In this document: positions 13,950 through 33,689 of the stretch, piece by piece | Layout: every line of letters begins with the position of its first letter | Position numbering within the stretch: position 1 is the first letter of the stretch | Assembly (NCBI GenBank): GCA_964016885.1 | Contig: OZ024765.1 | Span: forward strand, 18,600,001-18,664,000 | Source: Eledone cirrhosa | Taxonomy: Eukaryota | DNA length: 64,000 bases | Direction: 5' to 3' | Position numbers and translations under genes: made by a program | The notes under the pieces: generated by a model | The model's database searches: none | What the model was told of the DNA's origin: nothing | Seen by the model: only the letters and a program-made list of their open reading frames with translations

Positions 13950-15284
<1,335 letters not shown>

Positions 15285-18200
15285 TTGTGTTTAGACCGGG
15301 ATTGTCCCTTTACCCATCTCCCGGGGACCCGTCGGATAAATGAAAATAAAATTAAAAATAAAAGCAAAAACAAAAACCATAACCTACATAAAAATAACCA
15401 CTACCACAGTCACCAACAGTCTTCTAAACAGGAAACTTCTTCCTCTTTTTTAGCCATAATGAATCTGGCAAAAGAACTGGAAAAAAACATTCGAGCTATC
15501 ACCCAGCACCACCCTCCACTATCACCCCACTGCACAAACTCCCATTGCTGCCATTAACAAACAAACAAATTAACAACACACCAAAACAATTAAAACCATC
15601 CACTCTCGCCTCTACATTTTTGCTTAACGCCCAAGGCATCAGCCCTTCCACCAATACTCAAAAATGGAAGATCAAATTCCTGGAGGACTGGATTGATGTC
15701 CATCCAAACCACATCCCTTTCTTCGTCCTCACTGAAACCCATCTCAGTAACCTCCACTTGGAAGCCGAGGTGAAAGTGAAAAATTTCAAAGCCATCCGTG
15801 CTGATCGCGCTGGCAGAAGAAAGGGCGGAACTGCCATTTATGTCCATAATTCTTTCTCAACAGAGGCTATGAACATATTCACTAATGGATACTGTGAGGC
15901 AGTCACTGTATTCAGTCAAACCAACAACCTATTAGTAGTTGGGCTCTATAGGCCACCCCAAACGCCTGTACCATGCTTCAAGGAATGCCTCAACAGCATA
16001 AAGTGTTTCATCCAAGAGTGTCACCCTGACAACATCTTAATGATGGGGGACTTCAACCTCCCCGGAGTTGACTGGTCCACAAACACCCTGCCACCAGGTT
16101 CTTCTGCCTCAACCTCTGACAGGGAAGCTGTGGAATCGCTTCTTGACTTCATGGATGATTTCTTCCTCTCCCAACTAGTGCTCGAACCAACGAGGTGCCA
16201 CAAAAACGTCCTAGACTTAATTTTCAGCAATCACACTGACAATATCCACAATATTGCTGTGGAGAAAACTCTACTCTCTGATCATGACATGGTTCTCTGT
16301 GATCTGAGATTCCACCGTCCAATATACAAACCCAATGTCATTTCTCCTGTCCATCCGTTTGACGCTATGGATTTCCACAATGCAAACTGGGAAGCGATCA
16401 GTCATGATCTTGCACATGTCGACTGGTCCTTCACGCACACTCATACACCCACTAACATCAAAAAGTCCTGGCAGACATTTGTGGACACTGTTACAAACAT
16501 ATGTGCTAAACACACCCCATTAAGAACTATAAACAAATCTAAGAGCAGAATCCCTAGAAATAGAAAAACGCTCATCAGAAAAATTAAGAGAACGAACAAA
16601 AAAATCAACAATCTGAAATACTGTCAGCAGCAACACATCAACTTGACTGCCATTTCATCACTAGAGATTAAAAAACATAACCTCCAAAACAACATAATGT
16701 CCCTCATCAACAATCAGAGAAGAGCTGAAGAGGCCTGGGCCATTGAGAAGATCAAACTCAATCCCAAAGTGTTCTTTTCATTTGCAAAAAAACACAAAAT
16801 CACTGGCTCTACTGTTGGCCCTCTAATTGATGAAAATGGCACTCTTCAAGACAATGCTAAAACCATGGGTGAGATACTGCAGAAACAATACTGCTCTGTT
16901 TTCAGCAATCCTGATATGGCCGATCTGGGCTGTATCGGCGATGTTACTCCCCATTACACCTTATCGGACATAACGTTTGGCGCCCCTGATGTCTTGGCGG
17001 CAATAAAGGAAATCAAGCATAATTCAGCAGTGGGTCCCGATAGGTTCCCTGCTTGTGTCTTGAAGGCGTGTCAACACCAACTTGCTTCTCCTCTTGCCAA
17101 TCTGTGGCGGAACTCACTGGATGCTGGATATGTGCCAGAAAACCTTCTATCCCAGTCTGTTGTCCCAGTTTTCAAAAAGGGAAACAAATCCCTTGCCGTG
17201 AATTACCGTCCAATCTCACTCACCTCTCATATCATTAAGGTATTTGAGCGAGTGGTGAGATCGCGAATGACCCACTTCCTTGAGAGTAACAATATGCTGA
17301 ACTCCAACCAGCATGGATTCCGTAATGGAAGGGATTGCCTGACGCAACTACTGCATCACTTTGATGACATTTTGAGAGCCTTGGGAGAGGGTTCCAACAC
17401 TGATGTTATCTACCTTGATTTCAGCAAGGCCTTTGACAGGGTTGATCATAACATTCTACTGAGAAAGCTGTCCAATATTGGTGTCACTGGAAAGCTGCTG
17501 CAGTGGATCAAGAGCTTCCTGTCAAACAGAACCCAACATGTTGTAGTTGAGGGAGTCAAATCAAGCCCAGCCAAAGTCAGTAGTGGAGTCCCACAAGGCA
17601 CTGTGTTGGGCCCACTTCTCTTCATCATCTATATTAATGACATCACTGACATCATCAAACACAGCAACATTAAAATTTTCGCTGATGATTCCAAGCTCCA
17701 AAAGGTCATCAATGGCGTGGATGACCGGATAAGCCTTCAGTCAGACCTACTGGCTGTTACCCAATGGGCAGAAAAGAACAACATGTTACTGAACGAAGAC
17801 AAATTAGAACTGATCCACTTTGGAAAAGAGGATGCTCTGAAACTCCCGTACTCCCTTCCCTCCGGGGAAACTCTCGTGGCATCTAACAACATCAGAGACT
17901 TGGGAGTAACCGTGGACAGTAACATAAGCTGGACCACGCATATAAGCAGCAAAGTTGACATGGCCCGCAGAATGTGTTCCTGGATCCTCAGAACCTTCCA
18001 GTCGAGAGATTCCCGCACCATTATCCTTCTCTTCTCTACTTTCGCCCGACCACACCTTGAATACTGTTGTCCACTGTGGTCTCCCCACACGAAACAAAGT
18101 ATCATGAAACTTGAAGCTCCTCAAAGGGCAATCACGAAAAAGATAGATGGCATGTCAGACCTTGACTACTGGGGTCGATTGGAAAACCTGAAACTTTACT

Positions 18201-18652
18201 CACTCCAACGTCGCCGTGAGCGTTATATTATCTGCATGATGTGGAAAATGTTCCATCATCACTGCCCAAATGATGTTGGCATCGCCTTCAAGATACACCC
18301 AAGGCTTGGGCCCCGTGCTATCCGTCCCATTCAAAAATCTAAATCGCAACTCATAACAACAATACGGCACAATTATTTCACCTCAATCGGCCCTGCTCTA
18401 TTCAACATCACACCAGGACACGTCAAAACAGAAACTGACCACACAAAATTCAAGAAGTCTTTGGACAAATTCCTCCAAGTAATCCCGGACAAACCACCCA
18501 CACCCGGATATGTCTCCGCAAACAGTAATTCTCTTCTCGAATGGGCCATGGTGCCCAAATCCTGAATTGAAAGACTTCGCCAGGTGGTGCTATTAAGTTA
18601 GACATGGCCTGGGCCAATACTGGCCAAAACATTTCAAAGTTATTCAAAGTTA
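15285..18652 (+). mobile_element. Non-LTR retrotransposon (CR1/L2 group LINE), family A copy 1, 5'-truncated within ORF1
   Basis: End of ORF1 with C-x4-C-x3-H ([10 protein letters not shown]), uninterrupted APE-RT ORF2, short 3' UTR, tandem tail TTCAAAGTTA x2; (TA)n on both sides. Confidence 0.95.
15545..18565 (+). CDS. LINE ORF2: AP-like endonuclease plus reverse transcriptase, intact frame (open from 15428, no AUG before the EN motifs)
   Basis: EN motifs LNAQG, LTETHL, GLYRPP, MGDFN, LDLIF, SDHD; RT motifs [44 protein letters not shown]; C-terminal [10 protein letters not shown]. Confidence 0.95.
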   Translation: MLPLTNKQINNTPKQLKPSTLASTFLLNAQGISPSTNTQKWKIKFLEDWIDVHPNHIPFFVLTETHLSNLHLEAEVKVKNFKAIRADRAGRRKGGTAIYVHNSFSTEAMNIFTNGYCEAVTVFSQTNNLLVVGLYRPPQTPVPCFKECLNSIKCFIQECHPDNILMMGDFNLPGVDWSTNTLPPGSSASTSDREAVESLLDFMDDFFLSQLVLEPTRCHKNVLDLIFSNHTDNIHNIAVEKTLLSDHDMVLCDLRFHRPIYKPNVISPVHPFDAMDFHNANWEAISHDLAHVDWSFTHTHTPTNIKKSWQTFVDTVTNICAKHTPLRTINKSKSRIPRNRKTLIRKIKRTNKKINNLKYCQQQHINLTAISSLEIKKHNLQNNIMSLINNQRRAEEAWAIEKIKLNPKVFFSFAKKHKITGSTVGPLIDENGTLQDNAKTMGEILQKQYCSVFSNPDMADLGCIGDVTPHYTLSDITFGAPDVLAAIKEIKHNSAVGPDRFPACVLKACQHQLASPLANLWRNSLDAGYVPENLLSQSVVPVFKKGNKSLAVNYRPISLTSHIIKVFERVVRSRMTHFLESNNMLNSNQHGFRNGRDCLTQLLHHFDDILRALGEGSNTDVIYLDFSKAFDRVDHNILLRKLSNIGVTGKLLQWIKSFLSNRTQHVVVEGVKSSPAKVSSGVPQGTVLGPLLFIIYINDITDIIKHSNIKIFADDSKLQKVINGVDDRISLQSDLLAVTQWAEKNNMLLNEDKLELIHFGKEDALKLPYSLPSGETLVASNNIRDLGVTVDSNISWTTHISSKVDMARRMCSWILRTFQSRDSRTIILLFSTFARPHLEYCCPLWSPHTKQSIMKLEAPQRAITKKIDGMSDLDYWGRLENLKLYSLQRRRERYIICMMWKMFHHHCPNDVGIAFKIHPRLGPRAIRPIQKSKSQLITTIRHNYFTSIGPALFNITPGHVKTETDHTKFKKSLDKFLQVIPDKPPTPGYVSANSNSLLEWAMVPKS

Positions 18653-20590
<1,938 letters not shown>

Positions 20591-22984
20591 AATGTCCTGG
20601 ACCTCTGTTTTACAAACAACGAAGTGCTCATCCACAATGTAAAGGTGACACCAACAATTCTCTCGGATCATAACTTGGTAGAGCTAATGATATGTGGTCC
20701 AAGAGAACCAACAGAGACAAAACCACCAAGAAGCTCCGGGACGCTATCCAGCCTTAACTTCTACGGGGCTGACTGGAAGAAGATTAAGAGTGAAATCCGG
20801 AAGCAAACATGGAGTGCAAACATCGCCACACAAGACACTAACACACAATTTCAACACTTCATGACAACGATACACACCATATGCAAAAAGTGTGTCCCGG
20901 AGAAAGAGGCAAACAGACACAAACATCTTATTCCCAGAGATAGGAAAATCCTTATGAGACGTAGAACTAAACTCTCAAACCAGTTGAATAGTCAACAAAA
21001 CCAAAACAAGAAGGAATCCTATTTGAAACGTGCACTACTTGACACCGAGATTGCACTCAAGCTTTCACATGAGAATGAGAGGGCAAGGAAAGAGAACAGG
21101 GCCATAGAAAACATTAAAACAAACCCTAAGGCCTTCTTTAAATTTGCAAAAGAAACTGCCTCAGTACACTGCAAGATTGGACCACTCTTCCACACGGACG
21201 GTTCATTAACCGAAAATCCCCAAGAGATATGTGAAATACTGAATGAACAGTACAAAAGTGTCTTCACATGTCCACTGAGGCACATGCAAATAACGAAGCC
21301 AGAGGAGTTCTTTGATGCCACAACACTACATCAAGAAATGGCAACCATCAACCACATAGACATAACGGAGGAGGATGTGGTGTACGCCATTGATGAAATT
21401 AGAACAGACTCGGCTGCTGGACCTGATGGATTCCCAGCAGTTCTCCTAAAAATATGTAAGCGGGCCTTAGCAACTCCACTGAAGATGCTCTTCAGAAGCT
21501 CCTTGGCTAGCGGTGTACTACCCAGGGAGCTGAAAGAAGGCACAATATGCCCTATCCATAAAGGAGGTAGTAGAGCGGAGGCCAAGAACTATAGGCCAGT
21601 CTCCCTGACGTCGCATATCAGTAAGGTCATGGAGCGAGTCGTCAGAAAGAAACTAATCACTTTCCTCGAAGAAAATGACCGCCTGACTAGCACGCAACAT
21701 GGCTTCCGCCCAGGAAGAAGCTGCCTTACACAGCTGCTACATCACTACGACTGGGTACTGAGACAGCTACTAGACAGCTCACATGTAGACGTGATATATC
21801 TTGACTTTGCGAAGGCCTTTGACAAGGTCGACCACGGAATGATATGTCACAAACTACACGGACTCGGCATAACTGGAAAAGTAGGTGAGTGGCTGCATGG
21901 CTTCCTGAGGGACAGAAGCCAGGCAGTCGCAGCAAATGGGGCTCTCTCGAGGGAAACGCCGATAACAAGTGGGGTGCCTCAGGGGACAGTCCTGGGACCA
22001 CTACTGTTTTTGGTGGCTCTCTCGGACATGCCCTCTGTGGTGCATGCAACAACATCCCTCACTAGCTATGCTGATGACACTAAGGTAGCACAGGCAATCA
22101 AAAACCCGGCTGACACTGCCCTCTTACAGCAGGATCTGGATGCCATATACAGATGGGCGGAAGAAAACAACATGCAGTTTAATGCTGGCAAATTCCAAGC
22201 CCTACAATACAAACCTGCAAACACAAACACAAATATAGCGGAACACAGCTACACAGGACCAGGAGGGACCGATATCCCCGTGTCAAAATCGATACGAGAC
22301 CTGGGCATAGACATGAGCGATGATGCATCTTTTTCTTCACACATCATGAAGGTGGCGACAGCATGTAGACGATTCGCTGGCTGGATCTTGAGGACTTTCC
22401 TTACAAGAGATCGAGACACCATGTTGACACTGTGGAGGACTTTTGTCCTAAGCCGCCTGGACTACTGCTCCCAGCTGTGGTCACCCCATAGTGTCAAACT
22501 AACCACAGAGCTTGAGGCAATCCAGCGAAGCTACACCAAGAGGATTGCCAAGATGAGGGAGACAAGCTACTGGGAGAGGCTGAAGGAACTGAACCTCTAC
22601 TCCTTGGAGCGAAGACGGGAGAGATACGCAGTGATCTACATGTGGAAAATCCTGGAGGGACTAGCACCAAACTTTGGCATTGGGAGCTGGACCAACCGTC
22701 GAACTGGACGTCACTGTGTGGTGCCAAAGGTCCCGTCTTCCACATCTAGAATAAGGAGCAGGTATTGCAATAGCCTGGGATTCAAGGGCCCTCAACTCTT
22801 CAACAGGCTGCCGAGGCATCTGCGAGACTTGCATGACGTGGAGGTGGATGTCTTTAAGAAACATCTCGACACCTTGTTATCCAGGATCCCGGATGAGCCC
22901 ACAGCAAGACACGAGGGAAACCTAAGGGCAGCAGCAACAAACTCCCTCCTACACCAGTGGCCAACCTATACAGGCTGGAGATAA
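20591..22984 (+). pseudogene. Truncated ORF2 (EN C-terminus plus RT), frame uninterrupted
   Basis: [51 protein letters not shown]; the track's start at 20570 lies in microsatellite. Confidence 0.9.
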
Positions 22985-23060
22985 AGTGTGTAGCAGCAAG
23001 GGCGGTGCCCCAGCATGGCCTCAGCCGGATGGCTGAAACAGGTAAAAGAGTAAAAGAGTA
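20591..23060 (+). mobile_element. CR1/L2 group LINE, family B, 5'-truncated within the endonuclease
   Basis: Starts at NVLDLCFTN...SDHN, complete RT, 3' tail GTAAAAGA x2; (TA)n flanks. Confidence 0.95.
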
Positions 23061-25765
<2,705 letters not shown>

Positions 25766-26458
25766 ATATTGTTATATTTGGGGAGGGTCATATTTGCGTA
25801 ATATTGCCAGAATTAATAACAGAACACACTCACTGTTTGGTTGGTTTTCGCTTCTCGCTGTCTTTTATATATATATATCTGCGATCTAACTTACTCGGTC
25901 CTCAATGTTGCCATTGACTGACCGGCGGTCAAAAATAATACAGATACAATATAGACAAACACATATATATATAGTTTACATAAATCTTTCGTTGCACATC
26001 TGCAACATCGTCAGTGGTGTTATATTCATTGTTCCTCCTGTTGTGTTGTATGTCTACGCCATTTTTTTTGTTCAGTCTGTCTATATAGACAGACTGAACA
26101 AAAAAAATGGCGTAGACATACAACACAACAGGAGGAACAATGAATATAACACCACTGACGATGTTGCAGATGTGCAACGAAAGATTTATGTAAACTATAT
26201 ATATATGTGTTTGTCTATATTGTATCTGTATTATTTTTGACCGCCGGTCCGTCAATGGCAACATTGAGGACCGAGTAAGTTAGATCGCAGATATATATAT
26301 ATAAAAGACAGCGAGAAGCGAAAACCAACCAAACAGTGAGTGTGTTCTGTTATTAATTCTGGCAATATTACGCAAATATGACCCTCCCCAAATATAACAA
26401 TATCTGTTTCGACACACGATTTCATATAAAAAACCTCGCAAAACTAATTCATCGCCGC

Positions 26459-26460
<2 letters not shown>
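25766..26460. mobile_element. Fold-back element: near-perfect palindrome 25766-26402 with centre near 26084
   Basis: Identical ORF translations on both strands; centre GTCTGTCTATATAGACAGAC; homolog at 36991-37517. Confidence 0.9.
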
Positions 26461-26501
<41 letters not shown>

Positions 26502-26538
26502 GTATATGTATATATATATGTATATGTATATATATATG

Positions 26539-26571
<33 letters not shown>

Positions 26572-26590
26572 GTATATGTATATATATATG

Positions 26591-26627
<37 letters not shown>

Positions 26628-26670
26628 GTATATATATATATGTATATATATATATGTATATATATATATA

Positions 26671-29600
26671 TTTTTTAGCCATAATGAATCTGGCAAAAGA
26701 ACTGGAAAAAAACATTCGAGCTATCACCCAGCACCACCCTCCACTATCACCCCACTGCACAAACTCCCATTGCTGCCATTAACAAACAAACAAATTAACA
26801 ACACACCAAAACAATTAAAACCATCCACTCTCGCCTCTACATTTTTGCTTAACGCCCAAGGCATCAGCCCTTCCACCAATACTCAAAAATGGAAGATCAA
26901 ATTCCTGGAGGACTGGATTGATGTCCATCCAAACCACATCCCTTTCTTCGTCCTCACTGAAACCCATCTCAGTAACCTCCACTTGGAAGCCGAGGTGAAA
27001 GTGAAAAATTTCAAAGCCATCCGTGCTCATCGCGCTGGCAGAAGAAAGGGCGGAACTGCCATTTATGTCCATAATTCTTTCTCAACAGAGGCTATGAACA
27101 TATTCACTAATGGATACTGTGAAGCAGTCACCCGTATTCAGTCAAACCAACAACCTATTAGTAGTTGGGCTCTATAGGCCACCCCAAACGCCTGTACCAT
27201 GCTTCAAGGAATGCCTCAACAGCATAAAGTGTTTCATCCAAGAGTGTCACCCTGACAACGTCTTAATGATGGGGGACTTCAACCTCCCCGGAGTTGACTG
27301 ATCCACAAACAGCCTGCCACCAGGTTCTTCTGCCTCAACCTCTGACAGGGAAGCTGTGGAATCGCTTCTTGACTTCATGGATGATTTCTTCCTATCCCAA
27401 CTGGTGCTCGAACCAACGAGATGCCACAAAAACGTCCTAGACTTAATTTACAGCAATCACACTGACAATATCCACAATATTGCAGTGGAGAAAACTCTAC
27501 TCTCTGATCATGACATGGTTCTCTGTGATCTGAGATTCCACCGTCCAATATACAAACCCAATGTCATCTCTCCTGTCCATCCGTTTGACGCTATGGATTT
27601 CCACAATGCAAACTGGGAAGCGATCAGTCATGATCTTGCACATGTCGACTGGTCCTTCACGCACACTCATACACCCACTAACATCAAAAAGTCCTGGCAG
27701 ACATTTGTGGACACTGTTACAAACATATGTGCTAATCACACCCCATTAAGAACTATAAACAAATCTAAGAGCAGAATCCCTAGAAATAGAAAAACGCTCA
27801 TCAGAAAAATTAAGAGAACGAACAAAAAAATCAACAAGCTGAAATACTGTCAGCAGCAACACATCAACTTGACTGCCATTTCATCACTAGAGATTAAAAA
27901 ACATAACCTCCAAAACAACATAATATCCCTCATCAACAATCAGAGAAGAGCTGAAGAGGCCTGGGCCATTGAGAAGATCAAACTCAATCCCAAAGTGTTC
28001 TTTTCATTTGCAAAAAAACACAAAATCACTGGCTCTACTGTTGGCCCTCTAATTGATGAAAATGGCACTCTTCAAGACAATGCTAAAACCATGGGTGAGA
28101 TACTGCAGAAACAATACTGCTCTGTTTTCAGCAATCCTGATATGGCCGATCTGGGCTGTATCGGCGATGTTACTCCCCATTACACCTTATCGGACATAAC
28201 GTTTGGCGCCCCTGATGTCTTGGCGGCAATAAAGGAAATCAAGCATAATTCAGCAGTAGGTCCCGATAGGTTCCCTGTTTGTGTCTTGAAGGCGTGTCAA
28301 CACCAACTTGCATCTCCTCTTGCCAATCTGTGGCGGAACTCACTGGATGCTGGATATGTGCCAGAAAACCTTCTATCCCAGTCTGTTGTCCCAGTTTTCA
28401 AAAAGGGAAACAAATCCCTTGCCGTGAATTACCGTCCAATCTCACTCACCTCTCATATCATTAAGGTATTTGAGCGAGAGGTGAGATCGCGAATGACCCA
28501 CTTCCTTGAGAGTAACAATATGCTGAACTCCAACCAGCATGGATTCCGTAATGGAAGGGATTGCCTGACGCAGCTACTGCATCACTTTGATGACATTTTG
28601 AGAGCCTTGGGAGAGGGTTCCAACACTGATGTTATCTACCTTGATTTCAGCAAGGCCTTTGACAGGGTTGATCATAACATTCTACTGAGAAAGCTGTCCA
28701 ATATTGGTGTCACTGGAAAGCTGCTGCAGTGGATCAAGAGCTTCCTGTCAAACAGAACCCAACATGTTGTAGTTGAGGGAGTCAAATCAAGCCCTGCCAA
28801 AGTCAGTAGTGGGGTCCCACAAGGCACTGTGTTGGGCCCACTTCTCTTCATCATCTATATTAATGACATCACTGACATCATCAAACACAGCAACATTAAA
28901 ATTTTCGCTGATGATTCCAAGCTCCAAAAGGTCATCAATGGCGTGGATGACCGGATAAGCCTTCAGTCAGACCTACTGGCTGTTACCCAATGGGCAGAAA
29001 AGAACAAGATGTTACTGAACGAAGACAAATTCGAACTGATCCACTTTGGAAAAGAGGATGCTCTGAAACTCCCGTACTCCCTTCCCTCCGGGGAAACTCT
29101 CGTGGCATCTAACAACATCAGAGACTTGGGAGTAACCGTGGACAGCAACATAAGCTGGACCACGCATATAAGCAGCAAAGTTGACATGGCCCGCAGAATG
29201 TGTTCCTGGATCCTCAGAACCTTCCAGTCGAGAGATTCCCGCACCATTATCCTTCTCTTCTCTACTTTCGCCCGACCACACCTTGAATACTGTTGTCCAC
29301 TGTGGTCTCCCCACACGAAACAAAGTATCATGAAACTTGAAGCTCCTCAAAGGGCAATCACGAAAAAGATAGATGGCATGTCAGACCTTGACTACTGGGG
29401 TCGATTAGAAAACCTGAAACTTTACTCACTCCAACGTCGCCGTGAGCGTTATATTATCTGCATGATGTGGAAAATGTTCCATCATCACTGCCCAAATGAT
29501 GTTGGCATCGCCTTCAAGATACACCCAAGGCTTGGGCCCCGTGCTATCCGTCCCATTCAAAAATCTAAATCGCAACTCATAACAACAATACGGCACAATT

Positions 29601-29881
29601 ATTTCACCTCAATCGGCCCTGCTCTCTTCAACATCACACCAGGACACGTCAAAACAGAAACTGACCACACAAAATTCAAGAAGTCTTTGGACAAATTCCT
29701 CCAAGTAATCCCGGACAAACCACCTACACCCGGATATGTCTCCGCAAACAGTAATTCTCTTCTCGAATGGGCCATGGTGCCCAAATCCTGAATTGAAAGA
29801 CTTCGCCAGGTGGTGCTATTAAGTTAGACATGGCCTGGGCCAATACTGGCCAAAACATTTCAAAGTTATTATTCAAAGTTA
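26671..29881 (+). mobile_element. LINE family A copy 2, near-identical to copy 1, EN disabled
   Basis: Colinear with 15446-18652; +1 insertion near 27131 (gtcacccgta vs gtcactgta) and TGG>TGA at 27299-27301. Confidence 0.95.
26771..29791 (+). pseudogene. ORF2 of copy 2 with frameshift and nonsense codon in EN; RT part 27356-29791 open
   Basis: ORF track fragments 26488-27177, 27110-27301 and 27356-29791 match the copy 1 protein. Confidence 0.92.
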
Positions 29882-29885
29882 TATG

Positions 29886-29998
<113 letters not shown>

Positions 29999-30031
29999 GT
30001 ATATATATATATATGTATATATTTATATATG

Positions 30032-30069
<38 letters not shown>

Positions 30070-30098
30070 TATGTATGTATATATATATATATGTATAT

Positions 30099-30175
<77 letters not shown>

Positions 30176-30331
30176 CATAGTAATATTGTCATTTAGTCCA
30201 GAAATAGCCGTCGAAACGGCTTGAGCTCAGCCGTCGGGGTCTTACTGGTTCCTATTACCCACTCTACAACCCCAAGTATTGAGTACTTTGGTGCGTTATG
30301 GTCCACCTGGTTCCTTACCACATTTCCTTCG

Positions 30332-30462
<131 letters not shown>

Positions 30463-30474
30463 CATATATATATA

Positions 30475-30523
<49 letters not shown>

Positions 30524-30535
30524 CATATATATATA

Positions 30536-30684
<149 letters not shown>

Positions 30685-30857
30685 AACACACACATATATA
30701 TATATATTTAAAAGAACAGAGGTGTAACACACGAGTTATGATATATTGGTAAAAGGAAAAGAAAATGCTGACAAATTGTTCCCAGTGAAAAATAGTTTAA
30801 TTAGGAATAAGTAAAAATTAGTAATAGTATTGGTTAGTATTCAGTTTTGGTTTTAAG

Positions 30858-30894
30858 ATATACCGGTTGCGCATTTCTAATGCTTTTCAAAAAT
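30858..30894 (-). pseudogene. Degenerate U3-A8 hammerhead related to 58952
   Basis: Reverse complement TTGAAAA-GCAT-TAGAA-ATGC-GCAA-CCGG-TA; host element shares GAGGTGT..ACACGAGT with 58855. Confidence 0.55.
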
Positions 30895-31241
30895 AATTTT
30901 GAGATAGAGCGCCCATGATGTTTGCTCTAATCTGATTAGTTTTGGAAATTCTACCTGTTTTATGTAAAAAAAAGTAGCTCCAGATGTATGAAAGAATTCT
31001 TGTGGTCAAAACAATTTTTATTGGTCGGTAGAGATCATGTGAATGTTAAAAATTGATTTTGCGCCAAATGTAGGTTTGTCTCGGCTGATTGAGAAGTCAC
31101 TGAAAAATAAGTCTTTCAAGACAAATATGTGTGTGTGTGTGTAGTAGTAGTAAAGAGGTTCGTTGTTGTGATAATGGTCAGCAGGGATGTGTGTGCGAAT
31201 CGCAGCCTGTTGACAGTTCAAATGCCTATTAAGACAAGTGT

Positions 31242-31283
<42 letters not shown>

Positions 31284-31466
31284 CAGAGTAATTCGTGGTA
31301 GAGGGATGGTCAGTAGGAATGTGTCTGTACGTGTGTGGGGATATTTTAACATGTTAAAATATATTTTTCAGCTCTTGTCTTATACGGAGAAGTGTGTGTG
31401 TGTGTATATGTCTCTTTGTATGTTAATGTACGCGTATGTATGTGTGTGTATATATGTGTGTGTGTG

Positions 31467-31502
<36 letters not shown>

Positions 31503-31914
31503 GACCAGTATTTTTGTGATACTGGTAAAAATGGTGTACATTATTCGATATTTTCAGTAAAAACGATTCTCTCAATACAACATCAAGAACCTTAATAATA
31601 AAAGGTGTGAAATGATATATAGTAATGGCATAATACCAAGGTGTGTGTGAGTGTCCAGATTGTACGTACTGCAAGGGGAATCCATTAGGCCTTGCCATAT
31701 TGGAATACATGTGTACAAATATGTATGTGCCCATCAGTGTGCAATGCATGTGTGCGTATATGTATGTGTGTGTCTCGGCACGTTTATATCTATAGACATC
31801 AAAAGGTATGCAAATTTGTGTATATTTGTGTTGCACCGTAATTGACAATTATGTTGCATCACTAATTGACAATGGAATCCAACGTGCCCTAAAACTCATG
31901 TTTTCGCTGTGACC

Positions 31915-33160
31915 ATTTTTCTCTCTCCCTTCTACCTACCTATTCCGCCACTTTCTACTCTCACCCCAGTTTCTTCCCCCCCCCCCCTTTGTCCCTATCT
32001 ACTCTCACCCCACTTTTTGCCTCTCCCTTTCTCCCTATCTACTCTTACCTCACTTTCTTCCCCTCCCTTTGTCTCTATCTACTCTTACCTCACTTTCTTA
32101 CCCTCCCTTTCTCCTTTTCTACTCTTACCTCACCTCCTTCCCCTCCCTTTGTCCCTATCTACTCTCACCCCCTCACCCCACTTTTTGCCTCTCCCTTTCT
32201 CCCTATCTACTCTTACCCTACTTTCTTCCCCTCCATTTGTCCCTATCTAGTCTTACCCCACTTTCTTACCCTCCCTTGTCCCTATCTACTCTTACCCCAC
32301 TTTCTTACCCTCCCTTTCTTCCTATCTACTCTTACCCCACTTTCTCCCCCCCTCTTTCTCCCTATCTACTCTTACCCCACTTTCTTACCCTACCTTTGTC
32401 CCTATCTACTTTTACCCCCACTTTCTTACCCTCCCTTTCTCCCTATCTACTCTTATCCCACTTTCTTACCCTCCTTTTCTCCCTATCTACTCTTACCCCA
32501 CTTTCTTCCCCTCCAATTCTTCCTATCTACTCTTACCCCACTTTCTTCCCCTCCCTTTCTCCCTATCTACTCTTACCCCACTTTGTTAACCTCCCCTTGT
32601 CCCTATCTACTCTTGCCCCATATTCTTACACTCACTTTGTTCCCTATCTACTCTTACCCCACTTTCTTACCCTCCCTTTCTTCCCTATCTACTCTTACCC
32701 CACTTTCTTCCCCTCCCTTTATCCCTATCTACTCTTACCTCACTTTCTTCCCCTCCCTTTCTCCCTATCTACTCTTACCCCACTTTCTTCCCCTCCCTTT
32801 CTCCCTATCTACTCTTACCCCACTTTCTTTCCCTCTCTTTCTCCCTATCTACCCTTACCCCACTTTATTAGCCTCCCTTTGTCCCTATCTACTCTTACCT
32901 CTATTTCTTCCCCTCCCTTTCTCCCTATCTTCTCTTACCCCACTTTCTTCCCCTCTCTTTCTCCTTATCTACTCTTACCCCACTTTCTTACCCTCCCTTT
33001 CTTCCCTATCTACTCTTACCCCACTTTCTTCCCCTCTCTTTCTCCCTATCTACCCTTACCCCACTTTATTAGCCAACCTTTGTCCCTATCTTCTCTTACC
33101 CCACTTTCTTCCACTCCCTTTTTCCCTATCTACTCTTACCCCACTTTCTTCCTCTCACTT
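31915..33160. repeat. Pyrimidine-rich minisatellite, about 39-bp unit
   Basis: TTTCTCCCTATCTACTCTTACCCCACTTTCTTCCCCTCCC repeated about 30 times. Confidence 0.92.
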
Positions 33161-33469
33161 TCACCCCCTGACCGTTTAACAGTTCTCTTCTCCCTTACAA
33201 CTGCGGCCATCAGACGTGTGTCCACTTTGTCTAGATGACTCGGTCTGGAACTTAAGTTCTCTGATCGAGTGCTCTTGGATCTCCTACCTATAGTTGCTCA
33301 CACATTGCTCGGTTTGTGTTTTTGTTCGCTGTTTTGTCATTGTTTCTCTTTTCTTCCCCTTTGCTTTCCTCCCCTTCCTTCCTTCCTTCCTTCGTTTTCC
33401 AAATAACTTATCCAGTTATTGACGCCCTGGGGTGAAGTGGTATTTTGTTTTTTAAGCGGAGAAATATCC

Positions 33470-33655
33470 TAGACCCTCAGTAGTGAACTGATGAGGAAAT
33501 CCCCCTGTTCTTGCTTTCTTCGTATTCCCACTGCATTACACAGCCATTTCTAGTCTCTCTCTCTCTCTCTCTAACCCCCAGTAGAAACTGGTGAGGAACC
33601 CCCGCCCCTCGTTCTTGCTTTCTTCGTATTCCCACTGCATTACACAGCAATTTCT

Positions 33656-33689
<34 letters not shown>

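Noticed and set aside
25905-26264. Identical 111-aa ORF on both strands
   Set aside because: Consequence of the palindrome
31909-33238. About 390-aa L/P/S/F ORFs
   Set aside because: Pyrimidine minisatellite, open in several frames
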